Shown here piece by piece: positions 39,000 to 52,729 of a DNA stretch of 64,000 bases; position 1 is the first letter of the stretch, and every line of letters starts with the position of its first letter. The DNA lies in assembly GCF_009834535.1 (NCBI RefSeq), contig NC_045696.1, forward strand, positions 92,506,001-92,570,000. The letters are read 5' to 3'. The notes beneath the pieces are model-generated. The model was not told where the DNA came from and did no database searches. It was given only the letters and a program-made list of their open reading frames with translations. Position numbers and translations under genes: made by a program. The stretch comes from Camelus ferus. Its lineage: Eukaryota.

Positions 39000-39110
39000 C
39001 CCTCACCTTGTAGATGAGAGAAGTGAGACACAGGGAGATTCTGGGGCCACCCAGGGTCACATAGCTAATTAGCCTCGGAGCCAGAAATAGAAGCCACATC
39101 TCCTGACTCC
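39000..39110 (-). mobile_element. MIR fragment
   Basis: tgtagatgagagaagtgagacacagggag...cccagggtcacatagctaattag. Confidence 0.65.
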
Positions 39111-39614
39111 CCAGAATGAATGCTGCTAATCATTCTCACAGAACTTATAAAGCATCTTTTACCCCAGATTTCCATGAGTTTTCATCAGGTATATGAAAAT
39201 TATGATAGCACTCTAACAAATGTTTGCTCCTCACAGTTACACACAGTTAAAGTAGACATATGTAACATCAGACCACGTATACATCGTCAGTGACTCTCCC
39301 CGTTGGTCCTTAAAATGCCACAATTGTTGTAGGGCCAGGGAAAAGAGCCCAGGTTTAGAGGTCAGATGTGACCAGAGTGTGAAGCCCAATTCTGTTGCTG
39401 ATCAGATCAGTAAAATTGGGTAAGTTATTTGATTTATGTAAGGCTTTGAGCCTCAAATGCCTCTTCTAAAAATGAAACAATTAATGCCTACTTTAGTAAA
39501 ATTAATGCAAAGCCCCTGAGATAGTATAGACAGTGTCTGGATTTGGAGGGGTGGAAGATTCTCTTTTGACATTAGAAATCTACCATATTTCTGGCCTGTC
39601 TAAATTTTTAAACT

Positions 39615-39715
39615 TATTCATTCATAAAATATTTATTAGGCATGTCTATCAAACATTGTTCTAGATGCTGGAGGTACAACAGTGAGCCAGATGGACAATA
39701 CCCTGTGGGGCATCA
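39615..39715 (-). mobile_element. LINE-2 3' tail
   Basis: ttattcattcataaaatatttattaggc...tgttctagatgctggaggtacaacagtgag. Confidence 0.7.
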
Positions 39716-41129
39716 GGCAGCAGGTGCTAGTGTCTCAAGGGGACACACAATGAACTGGTTTTACATGTGTTAGAAAAACTGCAGACTGGGTTCAGCGGCT
39801 ACTAAGGGCATGAACTGCTGCTACCAGCGCAAGGCTTTGCTGGGATGGCACTCAGAATCTGAAGGCCAGCAGAAAGCAGTAAGTCTTTGTCCCTCCACCA
39901 ACTGCCAGGCTCCATCTAGCACATCCTATTGACAGAGTGTAACAGAGAGCCAGCTAGCAAAGCCCAAACATCACAAAGCAGAACATCAAGGGTGGGTTTG
40001 GATCTTAAAGATAATATTTTAATAACCAACATGGATAGATTCAGACGAAGCTAATTTCTTGGCTGCCTTTAATCACAAGGCAAGGTGACTGAGTCTTGGC
40101 TTTTCTAACTACTGCTTAGAATTCTAAACCATTAAGAAACACCGACTACTCAAAACAGTGCACGTGTGTGTGGTTTCTTTTATTTTTCCAAGGACACATT
40201 TCTCTATGAGTTTGTTTATCCTGACGTATTTTAATATTGCAATAAATTTAATCTCATGGTATGTGCAGAGAGGGAAGGAAAGTGAGGGATTCAGAAGATA
40301 AAGGAGGCCAGTGGGAAAAGAATTGGGAAAGAAATTAGAAAGTGACAGCTGAGGAGAACTTTGGGAGGAGAATTGAAGTCTCTACGGAGGATTTTTCTTA
40401 AGTTTTATCAGGATATATGCAAAGACTAACCCAAACCATCTCTCTACAAAATCTACAATGAAATTTGAATCATTCATAAATGTTTTGTGGACTTGGATTT
40501 TATTATTATTATTATTAGACTAGGTAATACATACATTGGTACAAAAGACAAAAAGGACAAAAGAGCATTTATAAGACTTAAGTCTTCCTTCCACCCCTAT
40601 CTCCCCACTAACAAAGAATAAATACGATGGCAGATGTATTGTGTCAGGGCTTATCTTCAGAAAGCAGAATTCATCTAATTAGCACAAGGAAAATCATTTT
40701 GATATTAAGTACTGTGCCAGATACAATGGGAAGGTGAACAAAACAGTACCATATCCCAAAGCCTCAACAGAGAATTAGGCCACTAATACAACAGCTGCTT
40801 CTCACAGAGTCAGGAAGTCACTGACTGCATAATGCTCCACATTTGCCACAGTCTACCCCAAAGTAGGGGCCAGACCATGGCATCTCCGCTACAATGGCTA
40901 CAGAAAAACCAAAGGTACCCTCCTCTGTGCTCACCAGCAGAGTGACAAAGAGTAGCCTCCAAAACACTGTAATCCACTTTGCCTTTTAAATATTAAATCT
41001 CAGACAGAACTGCAATCGCAAGAGAACCTGTGCACCATAGCCTTTAGCCTCGCCACTTTTGAGAGCGGTTAGAATGGATGTGGAGTCAGCCTCTCCATGG
41101 GATCTGCCACAGGAGAATTCTCCTACCAG

Positions 41130-43900
41130 AGCAAAACATATGAAAGTCTCTAGAAATAAAAATTACATGGTACTAGCAAAAATTCAGAAAAATAAGACAA
41201 AGGGACAAAAATCAGAATCCAGAAAGACACTCATCGACATATAAACATTTAGTAAAAGATAAATATGGCATTTCAAAGAAGTAGAGGAAATGTAAAATGT
41301 TCAATTAAATGAATGTTGGAGCAGCTGGCTAATCATTTATACAACTACAAGCTACATCTTTCACACACTATGCAGAAAGAGAAATTCCAGATGGATTAAA
41401 GACCTAAATATTAAAAAATCAAACTATAAAAGTAGAATAATAAATTATAAGACAATATCTGTATTACCTTGAAGTGGAAAAGCCCTCCTAAGCAAACTAC
41501 AAACTCAGAAATCATAAAAGAAAAAAGTCTGATTCATTTGACTCCATAACATTTAAAATTTCTATATTCCAAAGCCAAAATATATTAAATTGAGATGAGC
41601 AACATCCTGGGAGAAAACGTTGCAACATACAGAAATTAATAAGCAGGATACTTCAGAAGTACATAAAAATCATATCAGAGAAGCTAAACAAAGGAAAAAT
41701 TTACAAAGGACATACGAAGGCAATTATCAAAAGAAACACAAACTGTCAATAAATATACTAAAAGATATTCAGTTTCATTAGTAAGCAGGGAAGTGCAAAT
41801 TTTTAATGATATGCCATTTCTATTGATTAATGTGGCAATAATTTAAAAGATTGACAATATCTATATCGAGGACGTCTGCTCTTAAAACTTATTCAACATT
41901 GTACTAGAGGACTCAGCCAGTGTGAAACAGCAAAAAAAAAAAGAAAGAAAAGAAAAGAAAAGAAGAATCACATGAAAAATAAAACTGTTTACAAAGAACT
42001 TACAAAAATCCTAATAGAATTACAAATGGGTTTAGCAAAGCTGCAAAATACAAGGTCAGTATACAAAAGTCAATTGTGTTTATATAAATTAGCAATAAAA
42101 AGTTGGAAATTGAAATTTTAAATAAAGCTATATTTATAATATCAGCAAAAATCATAACTATTTAGGGATAAATCTAACAAAACATGCATAATTTGTATGT
42201 GAAAAGCCACAAAACAAGGATGAGACAAATCACAAAAGAGCAAAGTAAATGTATAAATGTATTGTATTCATAGATAGAAAGACTCAATGTTGTTAAAATA
42301 TTGATTCTGCCCAACATGAGCTATCAATTCAATGCAATCCCAATAAAAATTCCAGCCTGCTTTTTTGTAGAAATTGAGTAACTGACTATAAAATTTATAT
42401 AGAAAAGCAAAGGACTTAGAATAGACAAGCTAATTTTGGAGAAACAAAGTCGGAGGATTCACACTATCTGATTTCAAGACATCCCATAAAACTACAATAA
42501 TCAATAGAGTGTGGTATTAGCATAAGGAAAGGCATATAGATTAACAGTACAGGATTAAAAAGTCCAGAAATAAACATATTTGCTGAACTGATTTTTGACA
42601 AAGGTACCAAAGTAATACCATGGAGAAAGGATAATCTTTTCAATGGTGCTGTAAAAATTGGTTCTCCATATGCTAAAATATGAACTGCAAACATTACCAT
42701 ACACCATATAAAAAATTAACTCAAAATGGATCATACACCTCGATGTGAAACCTAAAATATAAAACATCTAAAAGAAAACATAGAAAAATCATTTGCCACC
42801 TGGGTTAAGTAAAGATTTCTTAGATAATACACAAAAAGCACATGCTGTAAAAAAAAAAAAATCAATAAACTGAACTTCATCAAAACTGAGAACTACCACT
42901 CTTTGAAAGACACTACTGAGAAAATGAAAAGACAAACTGCCGAGTGGAAGAAAATATTCACAAGACACACGTGTGGTAAAAGACTTGTATCCAAAATATA
43001 TAAAGAATTCTTTCAGTTCAATAACAAGAAACAAACAACTCAACTTTTCTAAAGTAAGTGATTTAAACAGATCCTTAACCAAAGAAGACATACCAATGGC
43101 AGGTAAGTACACAAAAAGATGCTAAACACCATTTAAATTAGAGAAATACAAATTTAAAACATAATGAAATCCCACTACACACTTACTGCAAAAGCTAAGA
43201 TTTTTTTTTTTAAAGAAAAGAAAGAAAAAAGGAAAAAACCTGACAATAGTCAATGTCGTTGCAGATGTGGAGCAATTGGAACTCATATACATTACTGGTA
43301 TAAAGCTAAATGGTATAGCCACTTTGGAAAATATTTTAATATTTCTTTAAAGTTAACTATACACTTAGAGGACCCAGCAGTCCTACTACTAGGTATTAAC
43401 CTAAGAGAAAAGAAAACATTATGTCCATTGAAAGAACTATATGTAAAGGTTTATAGTAGCTTTGTTCATAATCACTAAAAAAACTAGAAGCAACCTAAAT
43501 GTCTATCAGCTAATAAACAAACCAATTATTATACCTTCACACGATGTAATACTACCCCGTAATAAAAGATTAAACTAGTACTAATGCACAAAATGGATGA
43601 ATCTCAAAAGCTTAATATAATATTAAGCAGAAGCCAGAGTATTTACATTATATACTGTAATGTATATCACATCCTAGAAAAGGCAAAATTATAGATCACA
43701 TCAGTGGCTCCAAGAAGCTAAGAAAGGGAGAGACGGGCTTCAAAGGGGCCTGAAGGAAGTGTTTGGGATGATGAAAATGTTCCACTTCTCGATGTGATCT
43801 TGCTTACAGGGCTGTATCTCTGACAAAGCTCATCCACTGTACGCCTAAAGAGGGTGGGTTTTACTATGTATAAGTTAGACCTCTATAAACTGACCTTAAA
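41130..43900 (+). mobile_element. Two old L1M pieces (ORF2 fragment ~41130-41870; ORF2 plus 3' end ~41885-43900)
   Basis: ttattcaacattgtactagagg; gactcaatgttgttaaaat; aaattaactcaaaatggatcatac; 3' end gatgatgaaaatgttcc...agctcatccactgtac. Confidence 0.85.
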
Positions 43901-44107
43901 AAAACTGCATGTACAGTATAAACTTTTCAGACTCTACACTTCGATAAGAATTTTTTTGAACTATGTCATTGTGCTCTTTTTCTCTCTTTTTCTTTTCCTT
44001 GTATTTGAACTCCCAGTTCAGCTAGAGGCTAAGGATTATTTGAGCAGAAATACAAAATGAAAGGAGTCAGTGTTAGAGGACTTATAAATAAGTTTTAGTG
44101 TAGAACA

Positions 44108-44200
44108 GAAAGAGAGGAAGGAAGGAGGGAGGAGGAAAGGAAGGGGGAAGAAGAGAGGGAGAAATGGAGGAAGGGATGGACAGGGAGAGGAGAAAGGAAG
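44108..44200. repeat. GA-rich low-complexity tract
   Basis: Purine-rich GGAA/GGAG run. Confidence 0.75.
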
Positions 44201-44799
44201 TCTTGAAAGCTAACATTTATTGAGAATGAATTCCATTATTGTAAAGATTCCCTTATAAACCAAGGCTTGGCCAACTGGGAAATTTTCAAAATCCAAAGGC
44301 AATGAGAATTCAGGAGCTCATACCTACCTGAGGATGAGGTGGAAACATGTCTGACTGAGAGGGGAGGAGGAGGAAAGAAGAAAAGAGCACAATATTAGAT
44401 GCTCTCAGGGTCAGTAATGTGGAGAAGGTCAGGAATTTCCAGGGAGCCCTGTTGCCCTGACAGAGCCAGGGGATGCCGATAGCTTCTCAGAGCAGGCCCG
44501 CATTCAGCAGAGCACTGCATCCGGAAGAGCCCAGGAAAAATGGCTGCAAGCAGCCAGTCTGTGGCCTGCAAACTAGAATGGTGCAGAGAAGGTAGTGTGG
44601 GGTTCCTGAACCCCCAGAAAAGGTTCTGGGAAGGCATCCCCAAACCATAACTAAAGAGCATGAGCATTGGGGTGCTTGGGTGAAATGCAGTGGAAGGTGG
44701 ACTTGCACTTTGTGCTCTATACTTCAGTACTGTCTGAGTATTTTATTACAGTGAATAGATGTGTGTTATTACTTGTGTAATTAAAACTAAATTTTAAAA

Positions 44800-45620
44800 G
44801 AAAAATCAGTAAATAAAGGAAAATATAAATGATGAAACTAAAATCATACATAATCCCAGCTTCCAGAAATAATCATTGTTCACATATGATGTGCAGAGTT
44901 CCAATATCATCTAGAAATACACTTTTATATAAAATTACAATTATACTGTAATATTGTTTTGTAATCTGTTTTTTTCTTAACAACATGATATGAACATTAT
45001 CCCACAGAATTAGAAAAATGGTAATTATTCATGTCATTTTTCAGTAGAAACATTTAATGAAACCTTGAATATTCTGTACTTTTTAAATAAATGCTACATC
45101 AATAAAGCATTTCTCCCTTAAATAGCCCTTAAAATTAAATAGTCGTATGGTATTTCACTGTATTTTCATCATGTAATTTATTTAAGTAACTTCCTATTGT
45201 TGTAATTTAAAGATTTTGGGGTGAAGTTACAGCAAATAAAGACAGTGCTGAAGATAAATCCTTTCATATATACTTGACTATGTCCCAGGGATAAATGTCA
45301 ATAAATGTAATTACTGGGTTGGAACCAGGAAAACTCTTAGATTGGTTAATACATTGTCATGTTTCTTTCCAGAAAGTTTGAACCAATTTTCACTCACACA
45401 AGTATGAGAAAGCCTGTTTCTGCAATTTATACTGAGAATTAACATTTTAATCTTTACAATGGGGCCCATGAAAATAATGTCTCATTGATGTTTTAGTTTT
45501 CATTTCTTTATTAATGATGTTAAGCATCTTTGTTTTCTGATATTCACTAGCTGTTTTTATTTCTCCTTTTGTGAATTTTTTTTTCACATCCTCTTCTCAT
45601 TTCACTTTTGGAGTTGGAAT
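44800..45620 (-). mobile_element. Old L1ME-type fragments
   Basis: ttatactgtaatattgttttgtaatctgttttttt; ttccagaaagtttgaaccaattttcactcac. Confidence 0.5.
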
Positions 45621-48094
45621 GGTTTATCACTCAGGTGTTTATGGAAGAGTTACATAATGGACAATGCAAAACCCCAGTTTTGCGGAAAGTAAATGTTTCT
45701 TATGTCAATCCCGTACAAAATTAAATGTTTTATTGATTAACATTAAATGTTAATAAAACTTTCCTGCAGGAATCACAGAAAACATGATCCAGGCACTTTG
45801 CTTTACAATGATTAAATGGCACAAGTCTAGCATTCAGTGTTTTTTGAGGCCAAACTCATAAGTGCCTTATAAGCATCATCTCATATAATCCTCTCTTAAC
45901 TCTACCAGACAGACATTTTTAGGACAGCCTTATAACATGAGGAAATTTAGACAGAAAGATATGTCTCAGGGATGGTAAGTGATGTGTCCAAGGTATTCTA
46001 AATGTCCTTAAACTATCTCTTTAACTGACCAAACTTTTGGCATTCATCAAATGACTGTGCGCATCTGTTTTTTCTCCCTTGCTACAATGTAAACACCCAA
46101 GATGAGGCCTGAGGTCTTCATTCTCCCACAGGCCCTCTGCATCTGCCCATGTTTCTTCCCCTCACTGGCAAATAGACTTCACTGCTGGGGCCACAGCAAG
46201 AAATGAGCAAGTACTTGGTGATTTTTCAAACTGACCACTGGAATCCTAACAAGTCACCTGGTCCAACCCCAGACTTTATCCCACCCTGCCAGGGAAATGG
46301 CCATCACCACGAGTGGGCAAGTAGAGGCAGAGTACTTCTACCTTTTCAATACCCCTGTACTTTCTTTGGAAGCCCAGATAAACCTGACTGTTAGCACATT
46401 TTTACATCATAAGTCCTAAGGCTTCCTGAAGGGTCAGCTATGCTCACCAGTTTCCTCTGTATCTTGGTTACACAGACCCAAAACATCAGCCTCCAGTTCA
46501 GCAAGCACCTGATACTGTATAATGATAGGGACAGTGACATTATTAAGTGATCAGGATTCTAAATCTGAGAAACGCCCCATGGCCCCATATTACCTGGCTT
46601 TTAAAATGCAACATTAATGTGTTAAGGTCAAAGCTGTGTATCCGTTACCACCTTTAAATTAGAAGTCTGAAAGGAGGTTACAGTTTGAAAATAAATTGAG
46701 TCAACTTGTTCTTAGGGATATTTTACTTTCTCAGAAGTAGAAAATAAAGAACACACACACACACAAAAATTATGGGGAAAAAAAAGGTCACTGTTATTTT
46801 CCCCATGCTTAAAGGCTTAGAAATTTTTCAGTTTGTGTTGTGATGGGTAGCATTAAAATACAGGCAAGAAATAGAGCCGGCATTTTATGTAACCATCATT
46901 AGAGTTCATGGTAAACCATCCATAAATGATTCCTCCTGCCTTCTCCTGACTGCTGCAAAATCACCATATGTCTACCCATAATTAGACCAGTGCAGCAGGC
47001 AACTACAGGAACTAAAAGGAACACAATACTGATAATGGAACAATAGTACCTCCTAATATATACATTTTTACTGATAAATCACAGAAGTTATTTTAGTTTC
47101 TATCTTGAGCCCATGCTGAGTTGGAATATCTCTTTCCTATTCCTGACTCCTTACATGTTTAGGAAAGTCAACTAGTCTAACAAACACCCTTGGCATCTCT
47201 CCACTGCTGACTCATCTCTGAGGGGAAGCGGAGTGACACAGCTGAGCTCAGACAACTTATCTCCCATTTTCTTTGGGAATGAGATGCTCATAGGGTCTGG
47301 GAATTTTCCCTTGCCTTCCCATGACCAGAGTCTTACCTGGGCAGTTTCTCATGGTGGGGAATCCTGTCCCAGCCTGGCATTGCCTGTGGCTGCAGGGGTT
47401 AAGTCAATTTAATTCTTGAGACCAGATTTAGGAAACCCACTTAACTCTCACAATAAGTTACATCCTCATCTTGGTGTTTATCCTAATAAAGATGGCATTT
47501 TGGCTACTGTTTGACATATCTTTGTTTAAAAACCCAGAAAGAAGAGGAAGGTTTAATTTGTTCAGTACATTCTCAATGAAACTTCATGGGCTGGAAATGT
47601 AAAATTCTCACACTAAAATTTAAGCAAAGGTATGGAATTGGGGAGGGTAAAATATTCATGCAGAGAGGTTTTTGGGGAGGGCCAAGAAGTGTGGTTGTGA
47701 GCCTTGAACTTCAGTGAGTAGGCACGGCATTTTGATCTTAGTGGGTTTGTAGAGGTTTGTATTAAACCAGCTTTAGCTGCTGTGGCCTAGGTCACTGGAT
47801 GGAAGACCCCAAACCAGCAGCATACTATGTTGACCTTCATGGGTAACTATGGCTTAAAGGTGGCTTCATTCCTTAGATAAACACTGTTTCTCAAGAAGCA
47901 AGTGATCTCAGGTTCTGTAATGGTGTTTTAAGTATCCATTAGTATGGCATTTATTACAGAGCAGGACTATGTTTGAGGAAGGTCCAATACAGCCAGAACA
48001 ATGGACTAAAGTACAACCTGATGCCAGTACTACTTAGAAACTTTAAAAATGAACAAAAACTTATTATGTGTAGTCCCCTCTGTATCTTGATTCC

Positions 48095-48275
48095 ACACGA
48101 GGCCCCAGAGAGACCCCTTGCACTATGTAGATGCAGGCCCTCACCACACACCAAGTCTGTCACTGTCAAGACCTTGGGCTTCCCAGGCTCCAGAACTGTG
48201 AGACATAAGTGGTTCTTATTCATAAGCTACCCAGTCTGTGGCATTTGGTTATAGCAGCCCAAACAGACTAAGATA
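48095..48275 (+). mobile_element. MLT1A/B-like LTR 3' part
   Basis: ggccctcaccacacacc...ccttgggcttcccaggctccagaactgtgagacataa...ttatagcagcccaaacagactaagata. Confidence 0.8.
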
Positions 48276-48291
48276 CCAGCTAACGGTTATT

Positions 48292-49101
48292 TTTTTTTAT
48301 TGACGTATAGTTGATTTACAATGTTGTGTTAGTTTCTGGTGTACAGCATAGTAATTCAGTCCATATTCTTTTTCCATTATGGTTTACTACAGGATATTGA
48401 ATATAGTTCCCTGTGCTATAGTAGAAACTTGTAGTTTATCTATTTTATATATAGTAGTTCATATCTACTAATCCCAGACTCCTGATTTATCCTTCCCTTA
48501 CCCCATTTCCCCTTTGATAACCATAAATTTGCTTTCTATGTCTGTGAGTCTGTTTCTGTTTTGTAAATAAGTTCATCTGTATCATATTTTAGATTCCACA
48601 TATAAGTGATATCATATAGTATTTGCCTTTGACTTATTTCACTTAGTATGATAATCTCTCGGTCCATCCATGTTGCTGCAAATGGTAGTGTTTCATTCTT
48701 TTTATGGCTGAGTAGTATTCCACTTATATATTTCTTCTTTATCTTCTTTATGCAATCATCTGTCAATGGACATTTAGGCTTCTTCAAAGTCTTGGCTATT
48801 GTAAATAGTGCTGCTGTGAACATTGGGGTGCATGTATCTTTTCAAATTAGAGTTTCCTCTGGATATATGCCCAGGAGTGAGATTGCTGGATCATATGACA
48901 ACTCTATTTTCAGTTTTATAAGGAATCTTCATATTGTTTTCCATAATGGCTGCACCAATTTACATTCCCACCAACAGTGTAGGAGGGTTTTCTCCGTGTC
49001 CTCTCCAGCATTTATCATTTGTGGACTTTTTAATGATGGCCATTCTGACTGGTGTGAGGTGATACCTCATTGTAGTATTGATTTGCATTTCTCTGATAAT
49101 C
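48292..49101 (-). mobile_element. 5'-truncated L1 3' end (older subfamily)
   Basis: Poly(T) from 48290; minus ORF 48536-48823 is the ORF2 C-terminus ([12 protein letters not shown]...FAATWMD). Confidence 0.93.
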
Positions 49102-49116
49102 CAGCTAAATGTTATT

Positions 49117-49385
49117 TTTTTAACATTTTGTATTGATTTATAATCATTTTACAATGTTCTGTCAAATTCCAGTGTAGAGCACAATTTTTCAGTTATACAT
49201 AAACATATATATATTCATTGTCACATTTTTTTCTCTGTGAGCTACCATAAGATCCTGTGTATATTTCCCTGTGCTATACAGTATAATCCTGTTTATCTAG
49301 TCTACAATTTTGAAATCCCATCTATCCCTTCCCACCCTTTGCCCCCTTGGCAACCACAAGTTTGTATTCTATGTCTATGAGTCTT
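49117..49385 (-). mobile_element. Short young L1 3'UTR insertion
   Basis: Reverse complement of ~4690-4945 and ~16710-16975. Confidence 0.93.
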
Positions 49386-50544
49386 CAGCTAACAGTTATT
49401 GAATGTTTACTGTGTGCCAGGAATTGTGCTTAGAGGAATAAGGTAACTCATCTAGATTTAAATATACCCAAACCATGTTATTCTAAATCCTTCGCATTTA
49501 CTCAGTTTGCTCTGCTGTTTCCAACCAGTTCTGAGAGACCAGGTTACCAAGTAAATCATTGTGTCTTGCCTTCCCCAGTCAGGGATCTAGCTGAGCATGT
49601 TGACTTGGCTACTCTTTCTATCCACTTACCACTGTAGGAAGACTTACTTTTAAAGTGCAATTGATAAAGCAATAATAATCCCACTAATAAGAATGTAGTA
49701 ACTAATTTGTTCTTGGCCTTAGAAATCCTTATGCTTTACCTATGAATCAATATCCTCCAGCCCAAAAAAGCAGCGCATCGTGGAGAGAAGCTTCAAAGAG
49801 AGGGGTAGAAATTAATTTTGATGTCTTTAGGAGGAGGGAAAAAAGGCATTTACTGGTTGGACTGTAACTCTAAATTCTTTGCATATCATCAGATTTATAA
49901 GCTACTCAAGCTGTGTTTTTCTGTTTCACACATCATTTGTACCAAGTGATGGTTTCTGTTAGCCCACCATTTTTTTTTTAGGGAACAGAAACAGCATCTG
50001 CATCCCACATCCACTTCCATTCTCTTGACACCACCTTGAACATGGGCTCTTCTCTAGCAGCACTTGTAAAAGAATTACTATACAAAATAAAGATAAAGGG
50101 GGAAAGGTCTGTGTTCACTCACAGATACTTAAACTTTAAAATGGGAAAGAAGCCGGAAGTTTTTCATTCAAGTTTTTAATTATGAAAGAGCTCTGGCAAC
50201 CACTCTGAGGAAATCATTTTCTACCCAGGTGGCTTCATCAGCTTAAATGAGTCCCTTATTAATCAGAATTTCAAAAGGCAGCAAAAGCCAATACAAAATA
50301 ATGGGATTATTTTTGGAAGTGATGCTTAAATTGTAGCTTTCTAATGTAGCCTTCTCCCCTTTTCTTTTGAACATGCACATCAAAGTGCAATTGTCAAATG
50401 TCTAAATTAGATCAAGAGATCTGATGTAACAGTGCCTAACTAGCCACAAATTGCTGAGAGCTCTGCTGTTGGTCGAAGCCATCGTGATCTCTTGCCTAGA
50501 TGACAGTAATCACTTCTAAATTGTTCTTCCAGCTCTCAGCTTTA

Positions 50545-50790
50545 CCCTTCTGCAGCCTTTCCCCACAAAGCAGTCCATTTATCCTCATTGCTGTACAGTA
50601 TTTCATTGTGTGAGTATATCTCAATTTATTTACCCATTCTACTGTTGATGGGCATTTGGGTAGATTCTTGGTAAGCATCCAGATGTAATTTAGTCAGCAT
50701 ATTCCTGGGAGTAAATCTGCGGGGTCGTAAGGTGTATATACATTCAGCTCCAGTAGACAGTGCAAATAGCTTCCCAAAGTGGTAGTCAAC
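50545..50790 (-). mobile_element. Old L1M 3' fragment
   Basis: cagtatttcattgtgtgagtatatctcaatttatttacccattctactgttgatgggcatttggg; minus ORF PKCPSTVEWVNKL. Confidence 0.75.
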
Positions 50791-51554
50791 ATTGCATTTT
50801 CGTTTTGCTTTACCCCATTGCTTATTCCATTCAACCTTTAACTTTTCTTCTTTCTCTTAGATTTTTCTTTCAGTGTTTAACAGTAAATAAATATGTAAAA
50901 ATCGAATCATTCTGAAAAAGTATTTTCATAATTGAAGATACTCAAAACAACGTCTTCCAAACTCCAAAAGAATTTCCATAAGGCACTCCAAAGTGTTCTG
51001 AGTGCTGGCGAACTGATGGGAAAATTGGCAGCCACATTCCACATCATTTTACAGCAAACACACTAAATAGTCCTGCAATGTCTATTGATAAAATCAGTCG
51101 TATGACAGTAATAGCTAACGAATAATTTGAGATTATCTTTGCCATTGCTTCACCCCATGAGCAAAAATAACTGACTATGATCATGACCCTTTGGACCTAA
51201 GCATCTAAAACCTTTAGACCTAAGCCCAACTCTATCATATGTTTCAATACAACAAAGTTTTAAATCAGTAAGGTTTACTTTGATCATTTGGACTGAACCC
51301 TTTAATTCTTTGCCCCTTTTTGTCCTTGTCCTGACCAGTTTGGATCTTGCTCCTAATATTTTCTCCTCAGTGGAGTCTTTGCCCTTGAATTGTGCTCTTG
51401 TTTAACATTTTAAAAGTTCATAAGGCCCAGGTCCCGGACTAGGCACCATGAGATCTCCCCGCAGACTATTTACATCCCTCCATGAACTGGAACCTGCAAA
51501 GCTTGCACTGAAGATGGCAGCATCGTGAAATGAAAGAAACTTAGGTCACTGTTT

Positions 51555-51995
51555 GAGTCAGGGTTCCAGCAGGAAACAGATGATATGCTCTCAGAAGGGA
51601 AGAGAGTTTAAAGTAGGACTATTGACATGAGTGGGCAAAGTTAAAGGATCTAACACAGTATGGTGAAGCACCTGGGACTAGGAACAACGGGAAGCTGTTC
51701 TCACACTCAGGTGTAAGAAGGAAGGGAACAGCTCAGCAAACATGGCACCTGGTGAGAGCAAGGCCATGGGGGGGACAGGGGCGGTTACAAATAGAAGAGT
51801 GAGCCATGATTGAAACAACAAAGACCCTAACCTCTCCTCTCACTCTGCAGTCTCCCACTGGTGCCTCTCATTGGCCAAATCCACTGGAAGCTGTAGGGTA
51901 AGGGAGTTAATGTGATGCAGTCCACAGGGGCACAGAGCAGAGTGGGGAAGGCAGAGAATGGGTCTGGTGGGGCAAATACAGATTATCCAGCAACA
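51555..51995 (-). mobile_element. ERVL solo LTR (LTR33-like), probably inside an older MLT1 (~51490-52150)
   Basis: agtcagggttccagcaggaaacagatg...ggtgaagcacctgggactag...ggggcaaatacagattatccagca. Confidence 0.65.
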
Positions 51996-52729
51996 TCCCT
52001 GAATCACTGCCTGGAAGAGGGGCATCCCGGAGAGCAGTCTGGCTAATAACACATACATAAGTCTTAGTGTGTGTTAAGTGTTAATCTGTTAAACTTCTAA
52101 GATTTAGGGGTTTGTTTGTTCCAGCAGTTAAATTATCCTAACTAGTATATCTGGTCTATTTGTATTTTCACATTATGCCTTTTATATCCAAATTGTTTTT
52201 CCAAAATTATCAGGGGGGATATATAACAATTCTCTAAATAAGTAAACAAGTGAATTTCACAGAGTTTTTTAAATATAAATTGTAAATAACTCTACTTTGA
52301 GATTATAAATACTCTATCTTTAGATGTTCCAAATTGCTGCTTTTTACAATGACAGCTCGAAAGAGAAGAAACTGTGAGGGGGGATAAAATATTGCATTTA
52401 TTTTTCAAAAATGAGACTATAAGAAGGAGAAAATATCATGGGAAAATAGTCCAAGTGACTACCATAGAAAAATTCTTTTCAAGACTGCCCACTCCAATTT
52501 CAACTCATCTCCTTCCTTTCAGTCCTGTGCTGACTCCCTTTACCCAAATGAAGCACCTATTGCTCTCAGACTGGCTCCTGCTATCTTGGAAACCCACTGT
52601 GTTTCCCCAATAGGCTATTTCTGCCTCCTCTACCCCTGCTGTGCTCCAGGCCTCCTTAACTTTTATTGAAGCCATTGTCCCTGGACCTTGCTAGGTGAGT
52701 GGTTAGCTCTCTTGATAACTTTATTCATC

